Origin: Deltaproteobacteria bacterium
Lineage (GTDB): Bacteria; Myxococcota; Myxococcia; Myxococcales; UBA5297
Direction of reading: 5' to 3'
NCBI GenBank assembly: GCA_016218885.1
Contig: JACRCT010001062.1
Location: 1-44,311, forward strand
Length of the DNA: 44,311 nt
The notes beneath the pieces were generated by a model. The model worked only from the letters and a program-made list of their open reading frames with translations, was not told where the DNA came from and ran no database searches. A program made the position numbers and the translations under genes. This document shows positions 44,201-44,311 of the stretch, piece by piece. Numbering within the stretch: position 1 is the stretch's first letter; each line of letters opens with the position of its first letter.

Positions 44201-44311
44201 GAGCCCCCCTCTGCGCGCGGTGAACACCGATCCCCCTCAGCTGCTGGTCGGGCGCTCCGCCATCAACAAGCGGCTGCCTCCGGCGCAGCTGCGCTTCTTC
44301 GCCGGCCGCGC
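41229..44311 (+). CDS. Large (at least 1027 aa) helical/TPR-like repeat protein. The 3' end runs off the right window edge, so it is absent from the supplied ORF track.
   Basis: I translated the frame manually and found no stop from 41187 to the window end. All listed plus-strand ORFs in this span are in one other frame. Ala/Leu/Arg-rich helical repeats (..LARVYRRLGRWHQARDHLLHALREDP..) are followed by a Pro-rich linker (43260-43700) and a C-terminal domain. The start is either the ATG at 41229 or the ATG at 41187. Confidence 0.75.
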   Translation, partial: MGERTPIERPTADGSLSGIPDDGRARTQPFEPLGQSGERDATVKINVEQLDERSQLSSPTPIALAFHRRVAARLLRDGAADRAFAELMRGLQEFPVDGAYAAELVMVARQAGAEVAAAAGLEHALGRAAPEQRSALRRRLARVYRRLGRWHQARDHLLHALREDPRDVRARRQLVLVTLQQGDYPLAAEQLAAQADEAAHRSRFRAASRHALVRARLVEERLADLLGAAAAYRQAAEYARNVNDVAAVFSARILAARALVAGQAPPPQVESALRDLAEAGREAHRESEAAAIAAEIGRSAGLDQARTAALLSDAALAQGAPQEANALLEPEPADASQANRLESHFIGRGAWGDLAAHYRERAAREPGATAKAELLHKLAELLEDELADRIGAAEVYSEIVALTGDPTALVSQVRLLSASTDPAAVHMALDAAVRTAREPQSRAEALLLRAEVHLGARRLDRACPDFEAALALAPDNLRALSGLAECRADRPMIERLDEAVQTLPRGAANRVTLLRRLARLLEWPLAEELRARHAWREVQAESPSDAEAEGRLIELARQANDREDLIQLLRRHLAREPRGVAARQARHELAQVLESIGRDEEALEVWRMAARMEPGDAVALVALADRCEVRGRFSETAMALEGAAAATELGPERAALWRRLGRLCRDCLADPARAAVCEERARQLLTPPSPPTVSVAARRTSQELPQLEAGPPSSAERPVSKPLTDLGEERLRAATEPEIALVGQEIDPDEVEIKTGDILSVVSVDDYTPLTRLPPPGGPDLGQTPVAASPLAPSEPMPAASPAPRPARKGIGHQETDDSFKREPSSVPPRERDLTESGIRTRRSSARRKSSEEPKLLARIAADPLEAGSYLLLAEIYERSRESARASLMVEIGRALEGDPFAEPLLPHYTLNATDWASMRHPELRGAGADLFAIVGLAFCSLDALLPKEAGVRRAFSMEESLGTRATAEALLCAVRVLGMRSPDVGAGSIESPPLRAVNTDPPQLLVGRSAINKRLPPAQLRFFAGR

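Overview
The window is a very GC-rich chromosomal segment (about two-thirds to 70% GC by eye, not computed). It most likely comes from a member of the Myxococcota. The main support is a textbook MYXO-CTERM sorting tail (GGCGCG...LLRRRRG) on one secreted protein, plus many ECF/anti-sigma, OmpA-type, lipoprotein and Cys-rich-repeat genes. I can support about 38 protein-coding genes. Two of them run off the window edges and so are missing from the supplied ORF track: aspartate kinase at the left edge and a TPR-like ORF of more than 1000 aa at the right edge. I found no rRNA, tRNA, CRISPR array, transposase or integrase.

The content falls into three groups:
- Housekeeping genes: lysC, dnaX-ybaB-recR, cobB-type sirtuin, TerC, an EgtD-like methyltransferase and a flavorubredoxin.
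- A strong cell-envelope theme: two secreted proteins built from tandem Cys-rich modules, two intact OmpA_C genes plus one OmpA-like relic, a GT-C (ArnT/PMT-like) glycosyltransferase followed by two SPFH/Band-7 genes, two GT2 enzymes, a NodB-type deacetylase and several lipoproteins.
- Regulators: an ECF sigma with a FecR-type anti-sigma, an orphan GAF-PAS histidine kinase and an FmdB zinc-ribbon protein.

The observations most worth a second look are:
1. dnaX is split across two reading frames exactly at the gamma/tau boundary, with a UCC-UGA-A stop context.
2. The flavorubredoxin gene is flanked on both sides by relics of paralogues of its neighbours (an ECF sigma region-4 relic and an OmpA-like relic).
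3. The anti-sigma ORF looks like an in-frame fusion with an internal SD, ATG and signal-like segment.
4. There is a four-gene minus-strand unit: GT-C, SPFH, SPFH and a 113-aa protein.
5. A 5 x ~55-aa Arg/Glu octad-repeat protein has a fully open codon-aligned antisense frame.
6. A stand-alone sigma-70 region-4-like mini-protein sits behind a strong promoter and a long leader.
7. An AbiEii-type nucleotidyltransferase toxin pair lies directly upstream of the dnaX operon.

All homology calls come from motif recognition by eye. No database search was run.
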